This document shows positions 1 through 12,300 of a stretch of DNA of 61,006 nt, in pieces. Made by a program: the position numbers and the translations under genes. The notes below the pieces were generated by a model that had not been told where the DNA came from, ran no database searches, and saw nothing but the letters and a program-made list of their open reading frames with translations. The DNA is from Phoronis australis (lineage: Eukaryota > Animalia > Phoronida), in contig NMRA01000424.1 in assembly GCA_002633005.1 (NCBI GenBank), forward strand, positions 202,777 to 263,782, written 5' to 3'. Each line of letters begins with the position of its first letter. Positions within the stretch are counted from its first letter, which is position 1.

Positions 1-142
1 AAAAACTGTTTTTGTTGACAAAGGAAGTTATTACATCCGAAAATTTCAAATTTCAGTTGATCCATTCTTGGTACTTGCTTAAAATGCTCAGTACCTAAAG
101 GTCCAAAATCCATTCATGCCAGCAAACGAAAATACAACATAC

Positions 143-207
143 CTCCTCAGATGCAATATTTGTAAACCAGTCAGTATGGCGGTCTATGATAACTCCAGAG
201 TCAAGCA
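143..207 (-). CDS. Candidate next exon (VLDSGVIIDRHTDWFTNIASEE)
   Basis: Donor gag|gtatg and phase compatible with 483-597, but the acceptor (GAG) is weak. Confidence 0.2.
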
Positions 208-482
208 CTCACTTACAAAATGACCTCATATGTGATCATCAAATTTCCCAAATATGCTCGAATTACAATATGTACATTGGTACCAGAAATCAAAGTAATG
301 ACTCCTTCAAAGTATCAACATCAAACTTTAATGTGTAAACACTGAACAGGCATTACAGGTACATTTTGAGCAAAGTAATTATCATTGAAATCGTAAATTA
401 TTGAGATCAATTTTAGGTTAAAAAAGTTATTTTGAACGAAACTGAACACTAAGAAACCAAGAGTTTTTAATTTAAAACTCAC

Positions 483-597
483 CAGGCTTGTCTGAAAAAT
501 CCAACTCTGCAAAGATGCAATCATAATGGCGGTGTATAAGATATAACTCAGATATCCCAGTTTCACAATGCGCAGGTGCCAAAACAATCATTTCATG
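483..597 (-). CDS. Candidate exon of an unidentified divergent gene (HEMIVLAPAHCETGISELYLIHRHYDCIFAELDFSDKP)
   Basis: Acceptor cctccccag| and consensus donor G|gtgagt inside the 472-771 ORF; no recognised homolog. Confidence 0.35.
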
Positions 598-3308
598 CTG
601 GGGAGGGGTCAAACATGTTGCTGGGCAAGGGTCAAACTGAGCACGGGTATTGCATATGAAAATTGGGATATTTTTGGGATTGATAATTAAGTCAAATATG
701 GGTTTTAATTCATACGAACAGGATAAGCACAACTTGATATTTTCGAATACAGACACGTGAAAATGATTCATTTATATTAACCCGGGTGGAAGAACGATTA
801 GTGGAGGTCAAGAGTGACTGAGCCAAGAATCAGCTTAATTAGTCTCGTTATCTAATCAACTAATTATAGATTGATGTGAGTAATGCTCATGCTTGTTTAC
901 AACATTACATTTGTACATCAGTGAGCACACGGCACCAACAGGAAGTGTGCTCTGAAAACATCAATCAAAAGATGGCTACTCAACTGATCTGAAGTAAGAC
1001 GCACGCTGCGGCATTAAATACATAGCACAGGACAACATTGTGCAGTACACAACAGTATAGAATCGAAAAAAGTTATCCTTTGTGGCAACGCTGTTGTTTT
1101 TCCTTATTAACACATTGTAGCCAACAAACACGATGAGCAAACGAGTAGCAGCAGATGCAGTCAAGGTCAAATCAAGGTCAAAGGCGCAAACTGCATTGGC
1201 AACTTTCATGTAAATCACAGAGACATGACTCGTTAACAATCGTTTCATTTAAACCACTGAACATAAAAAGCCTATTGCCTACATTACATTTAAATTTAGT
1301 TAGGAATGTACACAAGTACTAGAAACCGTTATTATATTACCAAGACATGTTTTGTTGCCAATCTTAGAATTAGCCAATGAATGTACAGAATTCCATTAGT
1401 ACAGGTAACCTGAGACGGGCCTAATCGGAGTCCAAACCTTGGAACAAAGGTTGCCATTTGCAATAAAAAACACCTTAAATTTGGAACAGTAAAATCTGAC
1501 CTACTGCTTGCTCTAAAGGTTAGAATTAGTCTAAAATTTTAAGCTATTAACATGGAAGAAGGATGTCAGAAATTCTGGAACAGATTTTTTCACATCAAAC
1601 ATAAAAAACTTCTCAGTTTTGCATAACCAAATATCCAAATTTTGGGAACATGACTGCAATAACTACCTGAACTCCATAGCAATGTCACAAATGAATTTTT
1701 CACAATTTTAAATTATGTAATTTATCATCATCACCACATCCAGGGGAGATAATCATACAGGAGCCCCAAACCAGCATACAACATATGAAAAATCGCCTCT
1801 TGGATTTCGCACAAAAATAACTGAAAGAATTTTTACTTTGAAAGTATGACTACTTTGCAATAAGTAATGGAAACTAAATGTCAAATGCTGTTTTCATATC
1901 TGCACCGTGCAAGGAATTATATAATAATTATAGCTAAAACTGTCTTTATTTCTGTGGGAAACATTGACAAAATAAAATTTCACTTGTCCTCCACATCCTG
2001 TGCAAAGCAAGTGAAGAATAAGAGCTAGTTCCATAAACTGTATGTTAGTGTGTCTATGTGCAGACGCACAGACACAAAAAACTACGTCCAAAAATGAGAC
2101 CTGGGTAGAGTTCACCCACGCTAAGACCTCGCTAAATCCTAGCCTAAATCACGTTTTCATTTGAAATACAAGGCAAAATCTCACGTAATCTCAGTCTGGC
2201 TTATTAGCGCGGTACTAGCATTACTAAACCTTACTCTTTATTAATCTTGCCATTTGGCAAAGCCTACATGACTGTGTCACTTGGGCAGAATTTGATCTTA
2301 ATCACAATTTGAAGCAAGTATTGATTTCCTAGTCTTTTTGTACGACACAAGAAGGCTTCTAGAGATATAGACTTTTAAACAACAGCATTCAACTACAGGC
2401 AGATCAGAAAAAAATAAATTAAAAATGTTCCTGTTTTGATTTGATAAGAATTTTCCATACAGTAATGACAATTGTAGAGAATACAAATGATCAGGTTAAC
2501 AAAACAAGAGCAGGGTTCGACTTGATGTGTACCGTAAAATCTTGACAATTTTAGACAAAACCAATTGTCAAAGTTACATCTTTTTTGTTTTTCTAGATTT
2601 TCCAACAAAACTGTGAAAGCCCACAATCTTCTAAAACTGTTCAGGTCTTCCCATTAATAGTTGCCTGATTACCCGCGGCAACTAGATTTCGAAGTCGGAC
2701 AAGTGAGACTGAGACCAGGGAACCAGTTGCCAGGCGGGCAAGTGAGTATAGAAACTAAAATTCTAGAAAATCATCATCACCTGCTTTAATTCTAGTCACT
2801 ATAAGTCGGTCTCAGCCAGGATATTGATTGCCTCGCCGATCTAAAAATTTTATAATCTGTCATCTCTTAATTGCAATTCTCTCATTCAAAATCGATCTCC
2901 ACAACCGTGTATTTTAATCAGACCTGTTCATTTTCGTCAAAAGATGTCGCCACCCCAGAAATTGAAGATTTCTATTGGCTGACAAATAAAGAGACTAGTG
3001 CTGACTTGTGTCAGGAGCAGGTTGAGAAAATGTACCTCGACTAAATACACAATAAATAATGTTCAAACTCAAATGAAATTGTTTCTGTAAGCAAATTTGA
3101 CAAGTTCTAAACGTATTTTCGCAACTGAATATCTAGATTATGGATAATGTAACTCAGGGGATCTGTGACAGGAACAAAAGTATCAATTAAGATCTATCTG
3201 CTTCAAAAATCATGCAGTATGACAGCTGACTTTACTGTTCAATAACAATCATTTGTAAAAAAAGTATAATGAGTATACGAAATCAAGAAAAGGACAATTT
3301 CGACTGCA

Positions 3309-3369
3309 ATGAGAATCAGACTACCGGTGTATGAAAAACCGGCATTCTACCACGATTCTCCTGCTGAAG
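3309..3369 (+). CDS. GEMIN4: GEMIN4 exon 1 (MRIRLPVYEKPAFYHDSPAE)
   Basis: First in-frame ATG after a TGA at 3270. Donor G|gtatgg, phase 1, matches the next exon. No homology support for this exon. Confidence 0.55.
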
Positions 3370-6300
3370 GTATGGAGCAATCTTATGCGTTGGCTTTAGT
3401 GCTAGTTTCTTTTTTACGCCGATTATCCAATTAACCGTTCTTCTTCCACGGATTGCTTGCACGTCACAACAAATTATCGAAACTGGTTTTACTTCATTTT
3501 AAGTTTTTAGTATTTTAATACCAACAAATCGAATTTCGGATAAAATTTTGCTGCAGCCTTTTACGTGATAGTTTTAAGAGTACAATGTATTTTTAACGAG
3601 GTGACAATCCTTAATTGGTGATCGTATTTCGACAACCGCCAGTTACAACTACAAGTACAAAACTGGCGTAGTGCATTTCAGCTACAACGTCTGTCAAAAG
3701 TGTAAAGCACGTGGCTATCGTTAGGGAGGGCAATCAAAAAGTAGGTCACGGTGCTCCATATCTGCCTCCATGTAAAACCCACGTCGGTAAATTACCCGAT
3801 TTCAGACTTCAAAGTTATCTATAAGGCAATTTTGTGTTATAAATCATTACCTTAGTCTTTATTTGTAAGTTTGTAATCTTTTTGTCTCAAATTATCGCTG
3901 ATAAATCATTTTTGTAAGCTTTTTTTAGCGCTCGATTTTCCGCCATGCGATCAACTTTCGAAAAAGTACCTCTTGTTCCTCCTATCCAAAAGAGCACTAT
4001 ACTCTCAAATACAAACATTAAATTTGGACAGGATGTAGTTTAGATGCGTGCGCATCTACTCAAGTTGTTTTCTCGAAGTCACGGCAAGTTTTCATGGCGA
4101 GTTTTCGATCGTCCGGAAGGCTTAATTTTGGTCGGTCGGGAGATTGACGTTTTTCCAGATTTGCGCAATATGCCCCCCCCCCCCATTTTTAGATGAGGAG
4201 TTTATCGCTCTTTTATTTGGTAATTATTTCATTTTCAGAAATTCTGTCAAACTGCTGCTCATTGGCACTTTTCAAACAGCAGTCGTTAGTAACTAAGTCG
4301 CCGCATGTCAGCGCCACCAGCGGCTACATTGAAGTTCAGTGGCATCGTAACTTCACCGTTTGAAATAAAGTTGTTACAAAGTTTTTGTTGCTTAAATGAT
4401 GAAATCCTTCATGTTAGGAGTGATTTGTTTTCCCAAATGGTCGTTTGTCTACTTTCTGATGTTTTTTGCCAAGATACGATCTAATAGTACATGGGTGGCA
4501 CCCAGTACTGAAAAAAAGGGGGAGCTATAGCCTCCCCCAGCCCCCTGTTACTGTCAGGCAATGATGTGTTGCCCATGTAGTAGTATTCAGGGGCAGATCT
4601 AGGATTTTTAGATAGGAGGGGGGGCAGGGCAGAGTGTTACGCAGGATTTTACCCATAAGATATTTGCACCCTCAAACTGCCAAATGAAATAGAGTTTTAG
4701 GGGGGGGGGGGCATGGGCCAGGCCCCCTTGCCCCCCCCAATCCACCAATGTGATCTTGTGATTTGAAGTGAAATTTCCTCCTAGCTCAGATGTGGTGTCT
4801 TTGCTCTTTGCCTTTTAAGCTGTGTAATCCATTGTTTTCGTCAAACACGATGAGCCTGTTCTATATGCTAACAACACACTTAAACAGCAATATCTCTGTA
4901 GAAATCGATCCAAATTTTATATAATACACACCACCCTGTTTGTCTCAATGAGACGAATCTTTTCATATGCACAAGTATATTCTTTTATTTTTTACTAAAA
5001 TTATGTAAAAAGGCAGATATTTTACGCATAATCGTCGCATTTCAACGGCCATTTTCTCATCAACCGCTCATCCAATTTTTCTGATTTTTGCACCATTTCA
5101 TTTCTCCACCAAGGGCTTTTCAAAAATGTATGACACATGGGTATTGTAAAAAAAATAAAAAACGTAGTCCTCCCTACTATCGTCAGCTGTGACACAGCGA
5201 CAATGTGCTTGTTCATTCAGCCATCCAGTTATGAGTCACTAGCAAACTAAATTTCTAATAGAAAAAACACACAGAAACAACGAGGAAGTGATTGTGCGAG
5301 GCTGTGAAGGCCAATGAATGACGTCACCGGCGAATTATTTGTTTTTGTCTTTTCAGTTTTCGAGGGCGAATTTCGAATTTATAGCAAAAATGAGGGTTTT
5401 GAAACTAGTAGTCTTTACTTCATAAACAGCAAACACATACAGTTACATTTCAGGGAAGAAGGCTAAAATAAAATTTACCTGCGTCAAAGCGTTGAAGAGC
5501 TTTTTGTTCATACTTCAGTCCGCACCGTCCTTAACAACACGTTTCAGCGGGAACATGAGTGACGTCACAGCGTGCTCGCTGAAATTTTCAACTAGGTTAA
5601 GATGCCCATGCCCAAAATTTGTTGCACAAACTAATAAATTTGTACCATAACACAACGTGGAAACTATTTTATCGCTAGAAAAGTAATGACATTAATTTTG
5701 TTTTCCAAAATAAATACACTGCTTAAACACTGTTGAGCCACATCTAGAAAAAACATGTTCAGCGAAGAAGTAGCCGTATTGCAAGGCGCTCTTTTGTTGC
5801 ACAAGGGTCACCTGAAAAAGGTGAAATAGTAATCAATTTCATCGGTGAAATTTTATTTTGAAAAGTCTAGGGAACATAGTTCATGGCCATTGTTTTGTCT
5901 TATCTTGTTTTATATATCCCTGCCCGCATAGCCATAGTCTCTGCTGGCAGGCGACTGTGAGAGCCAGAGTCTGAGAGGCAACACGGACCACGGTTGACCA
6001 CCACAGTTGAGCTCCTATAGGCGCTTCTTATGCCAGAAGCTTTTCGGCAAATTATGCCTCGCACTGACTAAAATATCAGTCACGTTGTTATAAATACCTT
6101 TTGTTCATGTAGGGACACATTAGGAGGCCGTCGATGTATTTAATTCCTTCCAAATCGAACAAATATCAAACAGTTTCTTCGAGCAGTCGCTCGTTCAGTT
6201 CTCAAAATTGATAACTCGCCCTTTTTTACACTGCAGGCGGCAGTTGGTATGACGGCTGAAAAGCTTCTGGCATATGAACTGCCTACAGGAGCTACACCAT

Positions 6301-9300
6301 CTCTACCCAGCTAGAGACGGCGGTCACGGTCTGTAGGCAGTGTTGTGAAACGTGCCTCCGGTGAATCATATATGAGCCTTTGTTAGCCACTCGTTAATAA
6401 GCAATTGCCTATTAGCTAAGTGGTTAGCACACTTGCCGGTTAAATCGGGGTCGCTGGTTCGTTTCCCGGCTATTACGACAATTGGCGTTGTGGGCAGGAG
6501 CAAGCACGCCACCTGGCAGATGAACACAAAAAATTCTACTCCTGGAACGTCACAAGATTCTACTTCTGGACTTTTACTTCACCTGGATCACCGCCTGACA
6601 CTTGAACCCCAAGATTGTGTCGCGTTAAGGTCCTCGACTCGTGGTCTAGGATCACCATCAAGCATGCTGTCTGAGGTCCGAGAGTCCATGTAGTGCTTCA
6701 TCGGTATATCATCTGTTTGCCGACCACGCCAGTTGTCGTAATAGACGGGAATCCAACCAGTGACCGCGATTTAACTGGCGAGCCTGCTGACCATTCAGCT
6801 AATAGGCAATTGCCCGTTACAGACTGGCTAACAAAGGCTCATTATGATTCACTGGAAGCACGTTTCACAACAGCAGTGCAGCACTGAAATACGCCAGAAG
6901 TTTTTCGGCGAATTATGCCTCAGACTGATTAAAACATCAAAGTCACGTTGATATAAGTACCTGTTGCGCTTTGACGGACACCTTAGGAGGCCGTCGATGT
7001 CTTTAATTCCTTCAGTTCTAACTCAAACACTCTCGTGATCAAACTTTTTCTTCGAGCAGTCCTTCATTCAGTTACCCAAATCAGTAACTGGCCATTTTTA
7101 ACACTGCACGGGCCAGGAGTGATGTCATATCTCTTGTTTTGTGTGTGCGATGAACCATTGATGAGATGCCAAATCTCGAGATGAAATTCATCAGCAATGT
7201 GCATGGAATGATGGTATCATGGTGACCTGTTTTGTACTTCTAGGATGAGGCTACAGATACGAGAGAAACTCACAGAGTTGTCAGTGAGGCAGTCTATGAA
7301 ATTATCATAGGACTATGGACAAAACACACTGAATATGAACGTGATTTCTGGAAGTTTAAGGTACGTATTTTACAACTTACCGCCTCATTAACTCTGTTGA
7401 TCTCTTTGCCTGTTATTTAAGTTGGGTTCTGTTTCTGGTATTGGGTGCATTTTGCTCACATTGACTTCATAGGTGATTCATCTCGTGCTTAATTTTGGGT
7501 TGGCTGACTGAACATAAAGGAAGCAGTGTGGCCTTGTGGGATAAGTGTTTGCTTCCTTTATTCAAGGTCGTGTTTTTTTTTGAGTAAAATTTTGCTCTGT
7601 GGTGTTACATTCACGTTGGCCTTCGTATATGCCCGGGTCTTAAGTTGGTTGTTATCTGAGTGGCTTCTTATTTTTCGTTTAAACAGTGACATTATATCTG
7701 CTTGCCATCTTAGTAATGCCCTTTTTATTTACACGACTTACCGTTGTCAGATTGCCCTTTGAAGTTGTTTCAGGGCTTGGAAAGAAGTTGAAATCAGGCT
7801 CTTCATGTTGGCTGGTCACTGTGCGTCGTTTTAATCCACTGAACTTGGTCTTACAGAATAACCAATTGTCAGCTTTTTGCAAACCCGTAAAATGCTTCTC
7901 ATGTTTATGGGGAACACGTTGAGACCAAATTTATAACGGTATGTAGCCTACATCAAATGTTCCCTTCTTGGACCTGGCACACGCTCGTAGCTGCTTTATT
8001 GTTAGGGTTGTGTGGAACCTTTTTGGCTTATCCACATATCTTTGTGTTTTGTCAAATACCTACAAAACCTCACATTTAACTCAGTAAAGTATATTTTCTG
8101 AGAGTAGAAGCCTGTAGAATTTGATTTTTGACTTTATATCAATCTGCCGTTATTTGGGTCAGGTGACCACGGCTGTTTGATAAATTGATGGCAAAGCAAC
8201 AGAATCAATAGCATGACCAAGTTTTGTTTGACATATTATGTGTTCAATATGAAATCTCAAAAACGCTGTCACAGTTTTCTGAAGTATTATTTCACTCATT
8301 TGCGTTTGTACAATGTTTGGATTTTTTTCATATAAGTCACGGCAGTCCTATTTTTGATAACCCCTCGTGCGTGATTGGGACAATGCAATTCCTGGCAGCA
8401 TTTTGGAAGACAGTGCATAAACTGGCGTATTCAAAAGTTTCATGTAATTCTGGTCAACAATTGGATATTTTTCTAGGGTCCTATATGACCCCTACGTAAC
8501 ATTAAACTGAATACACACCATTCTGTCACTTTGCAATGCATACATAGTTACCACCAGTGATTCTCATTATAATAGACTGATGCTCCTAATTGACCTATAG
8601 CAAGCTCCGTCCCCTTGTGAAATGTTGACAAACAAACAGTAAGTTTTACCCGGCAATGTGTTGTTTGTCAGGAAAAAAAGCGGCTTGGAAACCTAGGTGT
8701 GTCACAAATGCTGTGTTCTAATTGGTTAGTTAAACCGTCAAAATCCTGGCGATAGGTCAGTTCTGGAGAAGGGCACAGCTTGACATACATGGGTGCATGT
8801 GCTAACTTTGTTGTCGTTTCTATTTAGCTGACCACTATCTTAACACTGAAGATTGTCGAACACACAGACATGTTTGCCAAAGATCCGCAGGTGTCAACAC
8901 TCTTCAGTCGCTACCAGGTGGAGTTGTTTGCCTTACCGCCTGTAGATGTCCTTCTATATTTACACGTAGTGCAAGACTGCGATTTGTGGGCAGAAGTAGC
9001 AATGGTAAGAGACTACAGGAGTTTTACATTCACTTGACAGAATTGGGTCGCACTCCGCTGAACTTGAGCAAACTTCTTGCCAGAATTATTTGGTTGTTGG
9101 GAACTTTTGTCTCAATGAAATAGCAATTCTGTCTATTAAGTTGAACATGTCATTGTGTATAACCGCAAGTTGTTTAATTACTAAAATGTAGTTGTGCACT
9201 AAATTGTCTCAGTTTTGACGAAGTGTATATAGAGCAAAGCTTGTCGAGATTTTGTTGACATTTAGCCGGAAATGAAACGGGTGCTAGTCAAAAAAAAATG

Positions 9301-12300
9301 GTTATGTGGTCGCCATTCTGTGCATCAAGATTTTGTCGAATTTCGAAGTAGTCCAGTTTATTTTGAAAACTAATGTTAGAATATATTACTGTTAAATTTC
9401 CCCAGTTTTGAACACAATATGCTGGGCAATGGACATTTCATTTTGCCAAATTTGTTATAAAAAATAACTTTTAAGAATCTTTTCCGTTTGATTAGCACTG
9501 TTTGTGTGAACATTTGCAATCAGTAGTAAGCCTTTGAACAGTGCAAAGATGTTGAGCTTTGCTTTTGTCGCAAACTGAAGATTTTTTCCATTTCTGTGGT
9601 GAGCAAGTTTCAGATAGTCTTCTAGTGACAGTGATGCATTGAGTTTTTCCAAGGTGTCGCTGTAAAGAATGAGTGTGCCATGTAAATGATAACTCGTGAC
9701 AACTTCCTTCAAAATACATCTCAAATCTTGTCTAATCTGGTGTCTGACATTTCCGGCCAAACGTTTTTGTACTAGATCTTGCGGGAATAGTCAGATGTAG
9801 AGTGCCCACATTTTTGAACCAATTTTATCCACTGACTAACGCGCATCAACTGGTTCTCAAAATGCGGGCAAGTTATATCCGACTATTGTCAGATCTTGCT
9901 ACAAATGATGCAGCCTTAGTTGTTAGTTTCTAGTTTATTTTGGTCTAGGAAGTAATCAATTGAATTTTACTGTTATAGGGAATCGAAAAATCTTTCTTCT
10001 GGCATGTCAGGTCTTGGATTTTTCCTTTTTAGGAATTCCTCTTTTTTGGTTTCGATTTCCTCTTATTTGATTTCCAGTTTCCTGTTTTTTCGTTCCTTTT
10101 TGTCATTATTTTGACTTCATGCAAAAACATTGATTTCAGTTAAATTTTACAACCCAAAAAATATTTCTATCACACAAGCCTATTTGTAGATCGATACATC
10201 ACTGGAAAATTTTCCTCTTTTTGTCATTGGTCATTCTGAGCCTTGTTCGAATCAGTGACCGTGCCCAAATACAGCATTTTAGGCAGTTGTAACACTAAAT
10301 CCATGGTGCTTCAATACAACTGGTTTACAAAATCCGTTTTCTTCATTTTTCAGGCAGTTCAGCTATTTCCTTTGTATCTATGCGAGGAATTCATGAAAAT
10401 CATTACCCAGAATGCATCTGTCCATGGTGATGTCTTAAACAGTGCTTTACCTCTGAGAATGCTATGCCAGTGTATCCTGCAGATGTCTGAGCAATGTCTG
10501 TGCATAATTAACACGGCCTGCTGCAAACAACGCCGCTCATGCATGTCTGCTGAGATTGACATGACGAGTCAGCTGCAGCATCTTTCTCAAGACTGCGGGT
10601 TTGTTGCTGGAAATGATAACTCATTAGATGCCATGTGTCAAAATTTGTCTTGGAAAACATGGACAAAGAAGATAACGGAAAGCGACCACTCAGTGTCCAA
10701 GAGCAATGTTTGTGTTGTTGTGACTTTGTGTTTGTTAAGAATCGCTAGATGTCTGGCAAATACTGAAATGATAAGCACTAAGCCTTTCCAGTCAGACCTC
10801 CATCCGTTTAATGTTAAAAGTGATGATGACGTCCATCGACTTCACTCAATGATTGCAAGTTCTAGGGCGAAAAAAGACATTGAAATTGTTAGTGCAGTGA
10901 GAAGGACAACGCAAGCTTTGATAGATGTTGTTAAGGAAATGGTGCAGATTTTCCCGGACTGCGTAAAAGATGTGGTGACAGTCCAACTGACGTCGTTTAG
11001 CAACAATTTGTTTGTGGACAACTGCTTTTATGGCAGCTGCAGCAACCGATTGCCAAAAAGAGGCTTGGATGTAGCAGCGGAGTTTGTGGCGTGTGTCCGA
11101 GGAGATATAGAACAATTTGAGTTGTCATGTGACAGCATAAGTGTTTTGAAAAGTGTTGTTAGTGAACTTGAAGCATTTGTGGAATCCACTGGGAGTTTCC
11201 AGGATCCTGAGGTTCCAGAGGACACAGCAGTAGACATCGGTGACATCTTGATGAGATCCAATGAACTATTCATCTCCGATGGTAATTTCCTGTTTACTCT
11301 AAGTTTAGCTTGAACATAGCGTTTTGCATGTTGAACAAGACCAGTTCAAAGAATAGGATTTTAGACATTTCACCTTGTGTTTGGACCTAAGATACAATTT
11401 TTAGAAACAACCCTGTGTTCTCCACGACCTGTTTTGACTCGACACGGTAACAGGTTTGTATTTTGCCACGTCGAGTTTGGAGAAAGCGTGTCAAGTTTGA
11501 AAATTGCTGCACCAGGTTTCAAACCTTGGCTGGCGTGGTACTTCAGCCCTCATTATCTAGTCACTTTACCAAGAGGCAGTTAACAGTATGGTATTCGACG
11601 TAATATGGCGCCCGGGGCCCTTAGTAAAATTCGTTTCGGGGGGAGACGCTTATTGTAACCCAAGGCAGTTAAAACCCGGTCTCTGAAACGGGTGAAATCG
11701 GAAGCTAGGATTCATCAAATTTACGCTATGTGATGTATCCACAAAACTGTGGTGCATTGCAATCAATCTTCGTTGATAAATTACTATAATTTTATAGAAA
11801 ATTGCGCTGAAATCCCTGGGCGAAAACTCGTCGATGCGCCGCTGCCTCGTGATCGTCGACAGGGCAGCTTGAATAAAATATGGTTTTGACTCAACAAATT
11901 ACCTGAAATCCTCACTTAAGTTTTCCAAGTAGCGTCCCTAAGATTTTAAGCTTCTGTGGAGTCGGTATTAAGAACAAGATCCATTTAAATCTGCGCAAGA
12001 TCGTACCCAGCAACATGAGAAAAATGTCTGGACGAACTCACGTGTCGTAGTCACGTTTTGACGATCATCTGCATGTGTGAGTGAGCGAGCACGTGCGTGT
12101 CATCAGCGTTCGTTTGCCGGAGTAAACGCAATGTAACAATTTAGGCGTACATTGTAACTAAAGATTGTGAAATAACTTAATAAGCAGTATCACCAGAACA
12201 CGTTTTATACAGCACTTGCTGATCACATGTACTATTAAAACGTGCGAGAATTGTCTCAGTAGGGCCTAAGGCCGAAAGTCATTGAGTCGCCGGGTGACTG

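Noticed and set aside
2781-2840. Selenocysteine-containing exon (single in-frame TGA in one frame)
   Set aside because: No selenoprotein motif, phase does not match the upstream ATG exon, and no SECIS seen.
4884-5722. Non-autonomous Kolobok (TTAA flanks, TGACGTCA motifs)
   Set aside because: Terminal inverted match is too weak to support.
6407-6475. tRNA gene
   Set aside because: A and B boxes are present but the acceptor and anticodon stems do not pair; it is part of a TE arm.
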